DNA from: Perkinsus olseni
Taxonomy: Eukaryota
Direction: 5' to 3'
Assembly (NCBI GenBank): GCA_013115125.1
Contig: JABANN010000203.1
Location: 1 to 53,327 of the forward strand
DNA: 53,327 bases
Below, in pieces: positions 22,967-36,212 of this stretch. The stretch's first letter is position 1; the number at the start of each line of letters is the position of its first letter. The notes under the pieces are model-generated. The model ran no database searches and was not told the origin of the DNA. It was given only the letters and a program-made list of their open reading frames with translations. A program made the translations under genes and the position numbers.

Positions 22967-25900
22967 ATGGATGCATCCGAGGAGACCCCTCCAGCGGAGA
23001 CAGTAGACCAGGTCGTGCCGGAGCGGCCAACGAAGAAGCCGCGGAAGAGTTGGAATGAGTTAGCAGCAAAAACGAAGAGTAATCCGAATGAAGGTGGAGG
23101 CCTTTTGGAGGTAGGTAGATGGATCACTTGTTCTTAGCGGAGCGAAGCAGGATTCTTTTTTTCAGTTCACGGGGCTCATGCCCCATTTATCAGCGACAGC
23201 ATGCGCTGCGACCACTGAATACGTAGTGGGCATGGGCTCTCGTTATTGCCATAGTTGTGGAAGCTTGCTGGCGAGACACCGTGTCGGCGTGAGGGGAAGT
23301 ATGCGACCGGTAGGGGCTTCTTCAATCTCCGGCGGGGTCGGTTTGGTATTCATTGTCGCCTGTTTTCAGCGGCCAGCAGGTGTCGAAAAATTCCTGTCCC
23401 TCTTCTGTCGATTGAGGAATGCTCGGGTGACGCTTATGGCGCTGGCACTGGGCGAGCTTGTGAAGGGCAAGGATGAGTACAAGATACTTAAAGAGGTTAA
23501 GCGTCAACTGAGCGACATCTCACGAGAGGTCGAAGATTTGCCGGACAGTAAGATTCGCTTTCGGCCGCCTTCCTGCTACGACTGAGGTTCTTGTTAGCTA
23601 ATTCCAAGCCGAGGCTGGTGAGTGCGTTGAAGGAGGCCTTGGAGCCTTTGGAAGATATGCCCGTCAAGAAGGAAGATGACGGGGACGAGGAGGAGGAGGG
23701 GTCCGGTGGCGTTGATATTGAATGCGTGAAGAAGTCGGTGGAGGTGGCCCTCAACCTCGATGGAGCTTACTTCTGGATGTACTACATGTGCACTATGGTA
23801 GGGGTGGTTGACGGGGTTTGATAGGGGAGGATGGCTCGTCTGTTAGTCATTCGAGCACGGTCATCGGTTGGCTTCCGGCGGGCCGTCTTTGGCGTTGCCG
23901 CCGCCACTGGAGTACTATACGGTATGGTGTCTTCTGGCCGAGGAGGATGTCGACAGACAGGAGAAGTTGGGTTCGGTGTTGAGCCAGTGGACTGAGAAGA
24001 AACAGCGGCATCTGGGTGATGCCGAGAGGGGTATTATCGAGGAAGCCAATCGTAAGTGGGTGCCTGTTGTATAATACGACGAGGATTTGGACAAGCAATG
24101 AGCTCATGCGTTATCGTCGTTATTGGGCCTCGATATCAGTCGGAGGTTGTGCTGGCAGTCTTTTCTGTTTTGTAGGTATCCTTGATGGCCCGTCGTTCGA
24201 TACAGCGACCTGTAAGAATCCTCTCTGGTCTATCCAGTGCATCCGCTGGGTTGAATCACAACGCGTCTCCCATGCTCTGATGGGAGGCCAGAAGCTGGAT
24301 ACCTGGGACACACTTGTAGGTTTGGGATGTCGACTTGCGAGAGGTGCTAGCAAGATGTTGCCTTGGCTATCAGCCAGAATATGTCGACGCTGCCGTTGGT
24401 CCTCCGGCTCTCGCTATTGTTGCTCAGGTTCCATCTGGTATGGGTACCCGCTCGGGCGAGACACAGACCCTGAAGCAGGGAGATCCTCTCCTGCCTAGCA
24501 AGGTACTACACCAAGGCCTTGGTGACGGCCGGTGACCTCCTTCATGTGTTAGATTCTGTCGGATTGGGTTGATGCTACTCGAGACTACATGTGCCATATG
24601 TAATAGTCAAAGCTGTTGTGCTTCGCTTCGCTAGGTTTCGTTTCCCTCCATGGCCGACCTTAGATACGCCTATGCAACCCCTACTGAGTCAGCTTTGGAT
24701 CTCCTTTCCAACTTCGTGCCCGGAGGTGTCGTCGAGGTTGGCAGTGGCACTGGCTACTGGGCTAAGCTACTACGAGATCGTCAAGTGAGTGCTGCTTTGC
24801 CCGAGGTCTTCGGTAGAGGTGGTCTGTCTAGGTAGAGGTGCTGGCCTTGGATAAGAACCCTCCCGATCATCAGGCCAATGCCTATCACGGTCGATGCAGA
24901 CCTCATACGGAGGTCAAGAAGGGCGTAGGCTCACCAGCACCGGCCTTCCTTCGATCAACGTTTTTCCCTTCAGAACGCTACGGACGTGGAATCCCTGTCG
25001 CCGACGGAGTACCCGAAGCTCATGCTGTGCTATCCGCCTCCTCAGGAGCACATGGCGGCTGAGGCGGTAGGCGGGGAGGGATGACTGGTGGCATCGATGG
25101 AAGTTGTTGTTGCGTGCCAGATTGGCAACTTTAAGGGGGACTACGTCTTCCATATCGGCGAGTGGTTTGGTGACACGGGGTCCTTGGCGATGCAGAAGGC
25201 TTTGGGCCAAAGCTTTAGGATGATCAAAAGAGAGCCTCTTCCCAACTGGCCCAGTAAGGAGGCCACTACTGATATGCGTGATGAAAGGGCATCGGTCATC
25301 AGGCACTAGCTATGAGATGACCATCTGGAAGCGGAGGTCTAAGGACGATCAAGGCGAGAACGCCCTTCCAGCAGTAGCATGTAAGCCCCTTCGTAGCTGC
25401 AAACGACTCACTGATGGCTCTGTCGACAGGCTCCCATTGTGGCGGCAGGGCACAGGTCCGGTGTCGAATCACATGCGAGATAGGGTAGGCTGGGTTGTGT
25501 GGTAGTATCGGGCTACCTGCCTTGTAAGGTACTGTAACAAGGAGGAGTGTCTCGATGCCTGTAGGAGTACGCATCGGACCTTGATGGCGTTTAAGATGGT
25601 GAGGAGGGGGGCGACCATGCTATAAGTAGCATGGCCGTAGCACGTCTCGAGTCCGGCCCTGCAACTAGTGTTGGTGCGATTTCTCCCGATATTAATGCGG
25701 CCATGACTGTTCGTACATTGGCAAGGTCTATTTTCATCTCCTCTGCCTTGTAGATCGGTTGTCGGTTTCCCTTCCTAGGTACCGGTACACAAGAAGCTGA
25801 TGGACAGTCTGAAACTGAGCAACAAGAAAGTACTTCGGAAGCTGAGACGCCGCTGATTCCTCCCTTCCAGTGGGCCGCCTTGATGGGGCTCGCAACGTAA
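22967..25900 (+). CDS. Multi-exon protein with a class I SAM-methyltransferase-like domain and a C-terminal Cys-rich (MYND-like) segment
   Basis: YAYATP...VVEVGSGTGYWA...LALD...LMLCYPPP...HIGE...PLPNW; Cys cluster near 25430-25560. Exon structure approximate. Confidence 0.6.
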
Positions 25901-26024
25901 AAGCAATTTACCATCACCCTATACGATGTACACTAACGATGTTTTCTTCTGAGCCGTGGGAGTCTTCTGCTGCTGTTGGTGGAAGGGCGGTTCGGCAGTG
26001 TCCTGCTTAGTGTTAGCTGCCCAT

Positions 26025-28119
26025 ATGGCCACCAACCCTGCCGACCAACCGCCCAACAAGAAGACTAAGATCATGACGGCTCAAGTCGAACAGCTAGCTA
26101 TTGACACGATCAGGTGAGGGGATGGTACTTGACAGGCGTGTCGGAGACGACGTCCTTCCTTGCAGAGTTACTGCAGCTGAGATGGTCCAGAAGGCCAAGT
26201 CTGGTCATCCCGGCGCCCCAATGGGTTGTGCTCCGATAGGCCACGCCTTGTATGCTCACGTTATGAAGTACAACGCCGCCAACCCCCACTGGTGGAACAG
26301 AGATCGATTCGTCCTGTCTAATGGCCACGGTTGTGCCCTGCAGTACGTGCTCATGCATTTGGCTGGCTACAAGGACGTCGACGTGGACCAGCTGGAGAAC
26401 TTCCGTCAGTTGGGCTCGAGGACGGCTGGCCATCCCGAGCGGCATCTACTGGAAGGGGTGGAGGTCAGCACTGGTCCTCTCGGTCAGGGAATCTCCAATG
26501 CCGTTGGTCTTGCCATTGCCGCTGGGCATATGGCCGCCAGGTACAACCGTGAGGGCTATGAGATCTTCAATAACTACACCTTCGCCATTTGTGGTGATGG
26601 TTGCCTTGAGGAGGGCGTCAGCTCGGAGTCCTGTGCCCTTGCTGGCCATCTTGGGCTCGGTCGTCTTATTGTGTTGTATGATGATAATAAGATTACTATT
26701 GATGGCACTACTGATATCGCCTTTACCGAGGACGTTAGTAAGAGGTTTGAGGGCATGCATTGGCAGGTCCTCGAGGTCGCCAATGGGGACAGCGATCTTG
26801 CCGATATTCTGGCCAAGATTGAGGAGGCTAAGAAGTGCACGGACAAGCCCACCATCATCAAAGTCAATACCACCATCGGCTTTGGCTCCGCTAAGCAGGG
26901 TACCTCCAAGGTCCACGGTGCGCCTCTAGGTGATGATGATTTGGCCAATGTTAAGAAGGAGTTTGGCTTCGACCCCGAGATGCATTTCGAGATTCCTGCC
27001 GAAGTTTTAAGTCTGTATAAGAGTGTTCTTGCTCGCGGTCAGCAGGCCAACCAGGAGTGGGATGCTCTTTTCGCCAAGTATGGTCAGGCTTATCCCGCCG
27101 AGCATGCTGAGCTAGTCAGGCGAGCTAAGGGTGAGCTGCCGATTGACTTGGACGAACACGTGCCGAAGTATCGGGTGGGTGATAAGGCGAAGGCTACTCG
27201 TGTGACCAGTGGTGAGGTCCTGGATGCCCTGATGCAGCGCCTTCCTGAGATCATCGGTGGCTCGGCTGACCTCACCGCCTCTAACATGACCAATATGGGC
27301 AAGCTCCCCATCATGAGCAGCAAGGCTATGCAGAACCGTTACATTGAGTTTGGCGTCCGTGAGCACGGCATGGCGGCCATGCTCAACGGTATCCATGCCT
27401 ATGGTGGCTTCCTTCCCTTTGGTGCCACCTTCGTCAACTTTATTGGGTACTGTTGGGGCGCCATCAGATTGTCCTGTCTCTCGGAGCAGCAGGTCCTCTA
27501 TGTGATGACGCACGACTCCATCGACCTGGGTGAGGATGGTCCGACGCATCAGCCCGTTGAGATCCTTCCGCTGCTGCGTAGTACTCCTAATATGAGCACC
27601 ATCAGGCCGTGTGATGGTCGGGAGACTGTTGGGGCCTACATGGCGTACTTGAAGAACAAGAGTGGTCCGACTACTCTCATCCTCAGTCGTTCCGGCCTAC
27701 CTACTTTCGACCACTCCTCGCCCGAGGGGACTCTGAAGGGGGCTTACATTATTGATGATTTCACTGGTACGGGCGGTAAGAAGGTGATCATCATCGCCAG
27801 CGGCACTGAGGTCCTCCAGGCAGTGGAGGCTAAGAAGATGCTCTCAGAGCAGGGCGTTGATGCTCGGGTCGTCTCCATGCCCTCCTGGAACCTCTTCGAC
27901 AAGCAGATAGACGACTATAAGAAGGTGGTCTTCCCTGATGGTGTTAAGCGTTTGATGGTTGAGGCCAGCAGTCCTCTCGGCTTCGAAAGATACGCTGACG
28001 AGTGGATCGCCATGACCACCTTCGGTGCCTCGGCGCCGGGGAATAAGGTGAAGGCCCACTTCGGCTTCACTGCTGAGAACATCTGTATGAGGGCGAAGAG
28101 GCTTGTCGCCTCCTCCTGA
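26025..28119 (+). CDS. TKT: Transketolase; exons 26025-26113 and 26166-28119
   Basis: SGHPGAPMG, RDRFVLSNGH, TGPLGQG, GDGCLEEG, GSADL, GVREHGM and GEDGPTHQP motifs. Confidence 0.97.
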
Positions 28120-28360
28120 GAACCACCGCGCTGAGAGTATCATGTTGTCAAAGTGTTTACATGTCGTCGAAAGCTTATGATGATGATAACCGACTGAATA
28201 TCCATCACTACTACTGAGTGGCTCAACGCCAGTAATGTTATTTTCAGAGAAATGGTTTTTTTCGTTGGCGAGCTGGGATGATCCCGGTAAGAGTTGCTGC
28301 TACTACCCTCAGTTCCACTTCTGTTGCTGTGTTGCTCTTGTTTATACTACTACCATCATC

Positions 28361-30436
28361 ATGTGCACTGACACTCCTGCTGCGACCGCCTCGGTCTATG
28401 ACCTCTTCGTCAACGACTCAACGTCTTGCGATGTCTGCGAGAAGCTCATAACCTACCTCAGAGCCGTTTCTGGCAAGGTGAGTTGCGGCCGCCCGGAATC
28501 GAACCCGGGTCTTTCAAAGCCTCTCTGTTTGCTCCTACCCATATGATACTGTTCACTACTCCTCACCTTTTCATGAGACGGCATCCCTCCCTGGTACTTG
28601 GCTGTCATTCTTTTCTGAATCAGGGCGCTCGTCCCAGTGGCACGATCATCCGGGCCACGACCAAGCCGGGTAACTCGGCCCTTTCCGCTGCTTTCGACCA
28701 GCGACTACCCGTCTATGCCAGCCAGAAGAGGGAGGAATCTTTCGAGGGCGCCCTTAAGGTGGGGGGGACAGCTGAATTGTGTGTTGGTGTTCTGAATGCC
28801 GTGTGGTTTGTCAGGCACTGAAGGCCATCGCCGAGGACTCCGGTTTTGGTTCCCTTCTCCTTCCCGAGGGCGGTGAGGCTCTTAAGTGGGTCGAGTGGTG
28901 TCTTAATGAGAGCGAGGGAGCGTTCAAGCTGAGCAAGCAAGGCGTGGAGAAGCTCAACAAGACGCTCGAGGACAGAGTGGGTCTCTCGTCGTTTCCGCAC
29001 GGCTGGTTGACGGAGTTCGCGTCACGTAGGTATTCTTGCTTGGCGGCTCGAACATAACCCTAGCAGACTTCGTAGTGGCCCACGCTGCTGAGCGATGGGC
29101 CTCCAAGGCTTCTCAGAAGGAGCTTGCTCAGTACTGCAACATCACTAGGTAACGAAAGCTCGATGCTGGTCGGTGAATGTCGAATCTTCCCTTTAGGTGG
29201 TATCACCATATCAGCACTCTCCCCGGCAGCCCTTATCCTGAGAGCGTTATCGATCTCCATGCGGTGTCGCGGGCTTACACGAACCTTCATAAGGCTGATA
29301 CTGCGGCGCCTGGTGGCAAGGGCAAGGGCGGCAAGGGCTCCCCTAAGAAGGGTGAGCCATCGGGTGGTGACGAGAGGACCCTTGCGGATGTGATCTGGTC
29401 TTAGGCGAGGCAGGTGATGCTGATGCTGCGGCCAAGAAGAAGGCTGAGAGGAAGGCTAAGAACAAGGAGAAGCAGGCTAAGGCACAGAAGGAGACTCGAC
29501 CAGTCGAGGATGTCAGTCGGCTCAATATGATTGTTGGTAAGGTTTGATAGTTGACGGTGGAGAACTTCTGAAGGCATATGTGGTGGCTTGCCTCAGGCAA
29601 GATCAATAAGGTTTGGGAGCATCCCGATGCGGAGAAGCTGTGGTGTGAGGAGATTGACTGTGGCGAGGCTTCTGGTGAGTACCGATGGGAGAATATGGAG
29701 GGATATTTTAGCTCTAATAATTTCGCGGAGGAGCGGCTTTGCCTGGCATTCGCTAGGGTTTGCTACATCTTGGCGTGTCAATAAGTGCCGTGCGCCATCA
29801 GTGCCGGGGCTTCTACGACCTTTGATAGTCGCGGGCGTGTCTCGCTGTCACTTCTGCTCCTGCTTGTTGTCGTCAGGTCCCCGTCAGATCGCATCAGGCC
29901 TCCGCGATTTCTACAAGGAGGCCTCTGATCTCGAGGGCCGCAAGGTTGTCATCCTTGCTAACCTCAAGCCCCGTCCCCTTCGTGGATTCGTCTCCCACGG
30001 TATGGTCATGTGCGCCTCTACCGGCGACCACAGCCAAGTTGAGGTCTTGGACGTGCCCAAGGACGCCAAGCCTGGTACGCTCGCATCAGTATGATATCTC
30101 TTGGCAATCGTGTCTTAGGTGACCGTATCACGATCCCTGGCTTCGACGGTGAGCCTGATGAGGTCCTCCATCCCAAGCATAACCCCTTCGATGCTGTCAA
30201 GGGTAGGATGATCTTGGAATCTTGAGCTCTCTTGCGGTATCTCCACGCTTATGTTTAGGTGATTTGAAGACTGTGAAGAAGGAGGATGGTGTCATTATGG
30301 CGACCTACAAGGTAAGATGAGCTACTGTTCGCGTTCGGACCAGCCAAGGGGCATCTTATTTCAGGGCAAGGCGTTCACTCTCCCTAGCGGTGAGATCGTT
30401 ACCGCCCCTGACCTTGCCGACTGCGAGATCTCTTAA
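28361..30436 (+). CDS. Arc1p/AIMP1-like aminoacyl-tRNA synthetase cofactor with a C-terminal EMAPII tRNA-binding domain
   Basis: HPDAEKLWCEEIDCGE...PRQIASGL...ANLKPRPLRGFVSHGMVMCA; K-rich linker; multi-exon. Confidence 0.85.
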
Positions 30437-30715
30437 GTCGCTGAGGGTGTCTATGATGATGATAATAAGTGCCTGATTAAATTTACAAGATTCACAATCA
30501 CTGTATAACGACTTGATGCTGGTGGTGGAACGTATACCTGTCAACAGTTTCCTCGCGAATTCATCCATACCTTGTGCTCTCCGTATCAATTAGGGGCTCG
30601 GCGGTCATGTAACGACCGCTGTGGATTCATAGAGAACTGTGTAACCCGCGACCCGAGATGCCACTACAGGCAAGTGAGGTGAAGGCTTAATGCTGGGCTA
30701 GTCGTGATTCCTTAT

Positions 30716-31827
30716 ATGGCGGACACAAGTCCCGCGGCCAGCAGCAGTGAAATGGTGGCGGGGTCACATGGTGAAGAGGTTGATGGGGATGATCGAGGTA
30801 ATATGGTCGCTGTATTCGGGGGTAAAGCCTTACCCCGATGTCCACCAGGCTCAGTGGTTGTGAATCCTCTTTCCTCGGGCTCCGGACTGGAGTGCCCGTT
30901 CGGATTTGGTGGTAGCTCGGCAGAGAAGTGGGAGCAGGTGGCGGCTCGGCAGTCATCGGAGGCGGTGAACCCGAGGAATATGATGCCGACCTTCAGTCAG
31001 GAGAGAGCTCCGGATCAGAAGGTTGATCTCAGTGTGGAGAGGGAGAAGAGTAGGTGGCACGACTAAATGTTAAGGCTCAACTCTTAGGGCGAGTGTCCTT
31101 CATTTGTATCGTTCGGAGTTCCCGCCGCGTGTGTATTCTACTACGGCTGTAGTCGTTATCGAACTAGTCCTCTCTCCAGGTACGATACCAAAGACCGGAG
31201 AAGATGCAACTTGGGTGTATCCATCACCGCAGCAGTTTTATCATGCTTTACGGTAATTGAACTCGTGGTGGCAGCGAGGCAGCATCCGGATGGTGTGATT
31301 TTGTAGGCGGCGTAATAAGAGTGCAGAAGCGGAGAGCATGGACGCTGTAGTGTATATCCATAATAGCGTTAATGAGCGTACATGGGAAGGGATACTCGAC
31401 TGGGAGAGAAAGCTCCATCCGGAATGCATTCACCCATCCTTGCAGCGGTAGAGGGCCTACTACACTGCTCTGTGACCATGGATCCTTGCGTCTCTGGCTT
31501 CAGATTTGTCGGCCGATTTAATGATCTTTCACTCCGAGCCCAGCTGCATGGATGGGTTTACAGTCGCGCCCGGCCCTTCGATCGTCACGATTGGTTCATT
31601 GATCGATGTGGGCAGAGGACAGTTCGGTATATAGTGGATTACTACGACGAGCCTACAGAGGAGGCAGACGAGCGAGGCTTCGATGTTGTTATCGAGTCCC
31701 GACCAGCCGCTCTGGACAGCTTGGGGAATTTTTGGGATTGTGTAGTACTGGGGTCTCTCGATGTAGGCAGCAGCTTGATGTCCCTTAGGTACGAATGGGT
31801 GCACGGCGGTTATTCAATATGAATTGA
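30716..31827 (+). CDS. HCCS: Holocytochrome c/c1 synthase (heme lyase)
   Basis: CP motifs, NPRNMMP, WVYPSPQQFY, IHNSVNERTW, PFDRHDWFIDRCG and RYIVDYY. Confidence 0.92.
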
Positions 31828-31949
31828 AAGTCACTGGTCTTACTGTAATTGACGTCTCTTAGCGGTCTCGGGAGTGGTGTTGGTTTGAAGGAGGGGGGTA
31901 GCATACTCGTTACTTTCGCTGAGTTGACTTCTCTTTTGCTTCTTACGGT

Positions 31950-34587
31950 ATGTCAGCGACTGCGGGGAAGTTCGCCTCGTCAGGGCTAACGGCTGCAGGA
32001 GGATTCGGGACGTTACAGAAGCAATGGTTGCTTTATATGGGTCTGCCGTGGTGAGTTACTATGACAGGGCTTTCCGGGTATTTCATGGCTGTGATGTCTA
32101 AGATATTCTCATGGTGGTGCTCCTCCATTGATGTTGATCGACTTGTCGGCCGGGTTTTCCACTTATGCGTTGTTATTGTGGAGGGCTGTCATCTGTTCAG
32201 GGCAGTAGGAGGCATGCAAGCGATGGTCTATGTCTTCGTAGCGACACAGCCCGTGTTAATGATATCGGTGTGCACTCTAGAGACGGCGAGGCTGGGATGT
32301 CGACCGCATCCGATTGACGAGTGCCCAACAGACCCTTCCCTCTATGAGTTTGCTGGCGATATCTACAAGTCTGTCGTCAGCGAATTTGGGCTCGCCTGTG
32401 AGAATAGGTAGGAGGATCATCGTCACCTTGTCGTATTGGTCATTGTTGTTGCAGCTCATGGGCTGTGGCTTTGCAGTCGGAGCTCTTCTTCGGCTTCCTC
32501 GTGGGCGTGTGGGCCATCGGATGGATGGGTGACCGCTTCGGTCGTAAACCAGCATTGTGGCTAAGCGTCGTCACCACGCAGCTCTTCGGCCTCCTGTCGT
32601 TTGTTGCTCCAACATATCTTGCGTAAGTCCCTTCTCCGGCCTCCTTCGCATGACTCGTCGTTGTCCAGATATGCAATCTCGAGGCTAGGAGTTGGGCTGG
32701 GTATCGGTGGTCTGGGCCTTTCCAGCTACGTCCTAGCGACAGAGGTCACAGCTCCGGAGTGGCGTAGTCTAGTGTGCGTAGTGACCAGCTCCATATTTGC
32801 TCTTGGTAGTACGGGATTGTGACGGGGACCACGGCCAACCTCACTCATTCACCTGTCTAGCCCCTTTCTACCACAGCTTAGTAGTAGGGCGGGTTCTCAT
32901 CTATATCGCTGACTTTCATTGGTTGTTATAGCTACGGTGCTCACCCTTAAGAATGATGACCGAGCAGCCAGTTGAGCGAGCCAAGCTTCTGAGGTGTCGC
33001 TTGACATCAGGTATTGTAGCGGTATCCAGTCTAGCGGCTATACCCAACATCCACTGGCGGATGCTGTCGTTCGGCGTAGGTCATCTCCGGTTCATTCGAT
33101 GCAGGCTGATATACAGGCTTTCAGGTTTGGATGTTGAGCTGGGCATGTGTGCTCCCGGCCCTCCTTTTAACTCTATTTTTGGAATCTCCTGTGTGGCTCG
33201 AAGCGCGGGGTCGTCACGCTGAAGCCGAGGCGGGTTTGCGCAAGATCGCCATCGTCAACAACCGACAGGCTGAATTTGATTCTTTTTTGAAGAAGTGGGA
33301 TGATCAGTAAGAGGGGAGTTGGACGTTTTTCGAGCGGCTTTGGTAGTTTTCTTATCAGACACATACCGGCCCCGGACGGTGATTTTTCGATAGAAGATGG
33401 TGACAAGAAAGACTCTTTGCCGGCATCAACGAAGGAGGATGATAGTTTGTGGGGTCTATTGGTGACGAAGAGATTGAATATAATACAAGAATTCGTGGCT
33501 GTGATGGTGGCCGCATGGTAAGCGGGTGGTCTAGAGAGCCGTAGGCCGTGAGTTCGAACCCTTCAGGTTTGCCTCGAGCCTCGGCTATTACGGATTGTCG
33601 ATGAATGTCGGAAACCTCGGTGGATCTATTTATCTGAACTCTATACTTAACGCTTTGGTAAGATTACCGATAAGCTGCGTAGCATCAGCCAGTCAGGCCA
33701 TGCGAGTGACCCTCCTCCCGTGAGGCATGTCCTTCTAGGTTGAGATACCTTCCTACGGTATGATGTACTTCATGGTTGACAATGCCATCACCGGCAGGAA
33801 ACTTACTCTGTAGGCAGGCCCTCTCCCACCTCACTCGGATGTGTCTGATATCAGGACCATATATCTTCTAGCAGGGGGCATTGCTTGTGTCATTGGCCCT
33901 CTATTCACCTGGCTCCATTGGCTTTCCCTCACCATAGCCCTCCTCGGCAAGTTCTTCGTCTCTGCTGCCTTCGGAGTGTGCTATATGTAGGTGTCTCCGC
34001 TGCCTTCACAATCAGTGCCGACGCTCTGCTCTCAGTTACGGTTCAGAGCTATTCCCCACAAGCATCCGCAGCTCTGCGTTGGGCATCCAGTCTCTAGCGG
34101 CTCGTATTGCTGGCATCATCTCGCCACTCGTGCCACCCCTTGGCGAGGTCTGGTCGCCTCTACCGAATCTAGTAAGTTGGCTGCAGTCCCGGCTCAGTGC
34201 CAACGGGTTACTCTGTGCTTGCTCAGATATTTGGAATCCCGTGTATCGTCGCAGCTGTCTTTATTTTGCGTCTCTTACCGGAAACACTCGGGCGGAGCCT
34301 TCCGATGACAGTGGAAGATGTCCGGGCTCTCCGGCAATACTCGGTGGGTAGTGCCGAGCCTCCCCGCCCAGGACACGGGCAGACCGGAAAATACGAGATG
34401 CCTCTTGATGAGTGAGTGGGGCGACTTCTACCCATCTTTTCTCCCATTCGAGGGGTCGTGGACTCGTACTCGTGTCAGATTTGACACCGACTCCTCCAAT
34501 GACTCTGAAGCGGAAGAAGACGAGCGACGCGCTAGAACTCTGCGTGACGTCTTCGGCACTGAGTTCGGCCCAAAGGCCAGTGAATAA
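31950..34587 (+). CDS. MFS transporter (SLC22/organic-cation-like), multi-exon
   Basis: VSEFGLAC, GDRFGRK, ESPVWL, YYGLS, ELFPTSIR and LPETLG motifs. Confidence 0.85.
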
Positions 34588-35366
34588 ACAGGTTTCTTGA
34601 TAAGCATAACCATCTCAATTCACTATATCGCCAGCAACAGCAACAACAGCGGATTTTCATACTTCCTTGGCGTAGTGTTTATGTAGTGGACTGTGGGGGT
34701 GCCGGGGTTTGAACCCTACCTTTCGAATCTCGGAGATTCGTCGTACTCGGCGGTTGTTATCGACGATGCGTTACTGGTGACTTTACAACCGAACAGTGCC
34801 GTCACACTCTGTGACTGACAGAGCCGGCTTTATGGCGAAATAACCGTAGTAGCTTCGATGAGAGCCTGTCGGCAGCTTCCTATCAACTCTACTTACTATC
34901 AAAGCTAACTACCGATCTTCTATCGAGAGACTTGGCGGTAAAATCCTCCCCTGAATACTCTCAAGAAAGAAACTCTGATGACTTGATGTCATGTCATCAA
35001 CTCTCGCTGATAACTCAAAGTCGTAGGCTACGACTCGTAGGCTCTGGCGGACCCGGTTTGCTTAGAGTCCCAAGAATCCCAGTGCTGCCTCGAGGCTACA
35101 AGTGATTTACAGGAATTTCTGCTAGTGGTGACAGAATCTTGTTGCTGCGGAGGCATGGAAATCTGGGCGACGCGCTCGCCAGAGAATCTTCTAAATATCT
35201 TCCAGTTTTCTCGCTTGCATCACAAAGGGTTCAAGATGGATAAACTATAAGCTTGTCTTCGGTCAAGCTGGGGCTCACCGTAAGCATTTAATTCTGTGTA
35301 AGTGTACAGCTCCGCGGTAGGGGATACGGGGTTTCCTATTAGCTCTGCATTGATTGTGATTGCGTG

Positions 35367-36212
35367 ATGTCCTCCTTCCTCGCTTCTGTTCTGCTTGGCA
35401 CTCTCCTGTTAGCGGCCGTTCGGGGACAATCAACCACCGGTCCCGTGACTGCTGTCAGCACCACTACTTCTCCGCCGTCTACCAGTAGCACTCCCACTGT
35501 TACCACGCCTGCCGCTACCACCGTCAGTGATGATGTCGTGCAGCACACATGTGACCTCTACTGCCAAGGCCTAAATGGTCCCGAGTCTTTCTGTAAGGGT
35601 TGGCTCGATAGTGCTGTCTGCCAAATTGGCAATCAGCCTTGCGGTACTCTGGACATCTGTGGCCCCGCTGTGACGACCCAGGCTCCTGTTACGACTGGTA
35701 CTTCTGTCTTCAATCCTCAGTGCGATGAGATGTGCCAGAGCCTTAATGATGCCAACTCTTACTGCAAGTGGTGGAAGGATGTTCCTGTCTGCAGTGGTGG
35801 TGATCAGCCATGCGGTGACGTTTCTATGTGCACCTCCCAGACGTGGCCGCCTGCTAGTACGCCCTCTGCCGTCAACGGTCCCCATCAGTATCACTCGACC
35901 ACCTGCGATGTTCACTGTCAAAGCCTCAACGACGAGGGCTCCTACTGCAAATGGTGGATGTCTGAGCCGGTGTGCCAAGGCGGAAATCAGGCTTGCACTC
36001 CTGATGTTTGTGGTGCCGGGGAGTCCACGCCTGCGGTTACCACTGACATCTTCCATATGGGACAGAACGCTAACTGTGACGCGTATTGTGAAGACATCAA
36101 CCCCAACGTGCCGGGCGCCCACTGCAAGTGGTGGCTCCATATTGCCGTTTGTCACCAGGGTGATCAAGTATGCACTCCTCGTGTCTGCGAGAACTACACC
36201 TTGTCGCCATGA
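35367..36212 (+). CDS. Secreted protein with four 6-Cys repeats separated by Thr/Pro-rich linkers
   Basis: Hydrophobic signal-like N-terminus; 4 x CD..C...N....CK(W/G)W....VC..G.Q.C....C; intronless. Confidence 0.85.
   Translation: MSSFLASVLLGTLLLAAVRGQSTTGPVTAVSTTTSPPSTSSTPTVTTPAATTVSDDVVQHTCDLYCQGLNGPESFCKGWLDSAVCQIGNQPCGTLDICGPAVTTQAPVTTGTSVFNPQCDEMCQSLNDANSYCKWWKDVPVCSGGDQPCGDVSMCTSQTWPPASTPSAVNGPHQYHSTTCDVHCQSLNDEGSYCKWWMSEPVCQGGNQACTPDVCGAGESTPAVTTDIFHMGQNANCDAYCEDINPNVPGAHCKWWLHIAVCHQGDQVCTPRVCENYTLSP

Noticed and set aside
26078-26085. GGCTCAAG (also CTTGAGCCA near 46027) as SL relicts
   Set aside because: Only 8-9 nt, inside coding sequence, expected by chance
26110-27549. Overlapping alternate-frame and antisense ORFs over transketolase (similarly over SerRS, PDE, MMPL and the Cys-rich gene)
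   Set aside because: Shadow ORFs from GC-rich codon bias with no recognisable motifs
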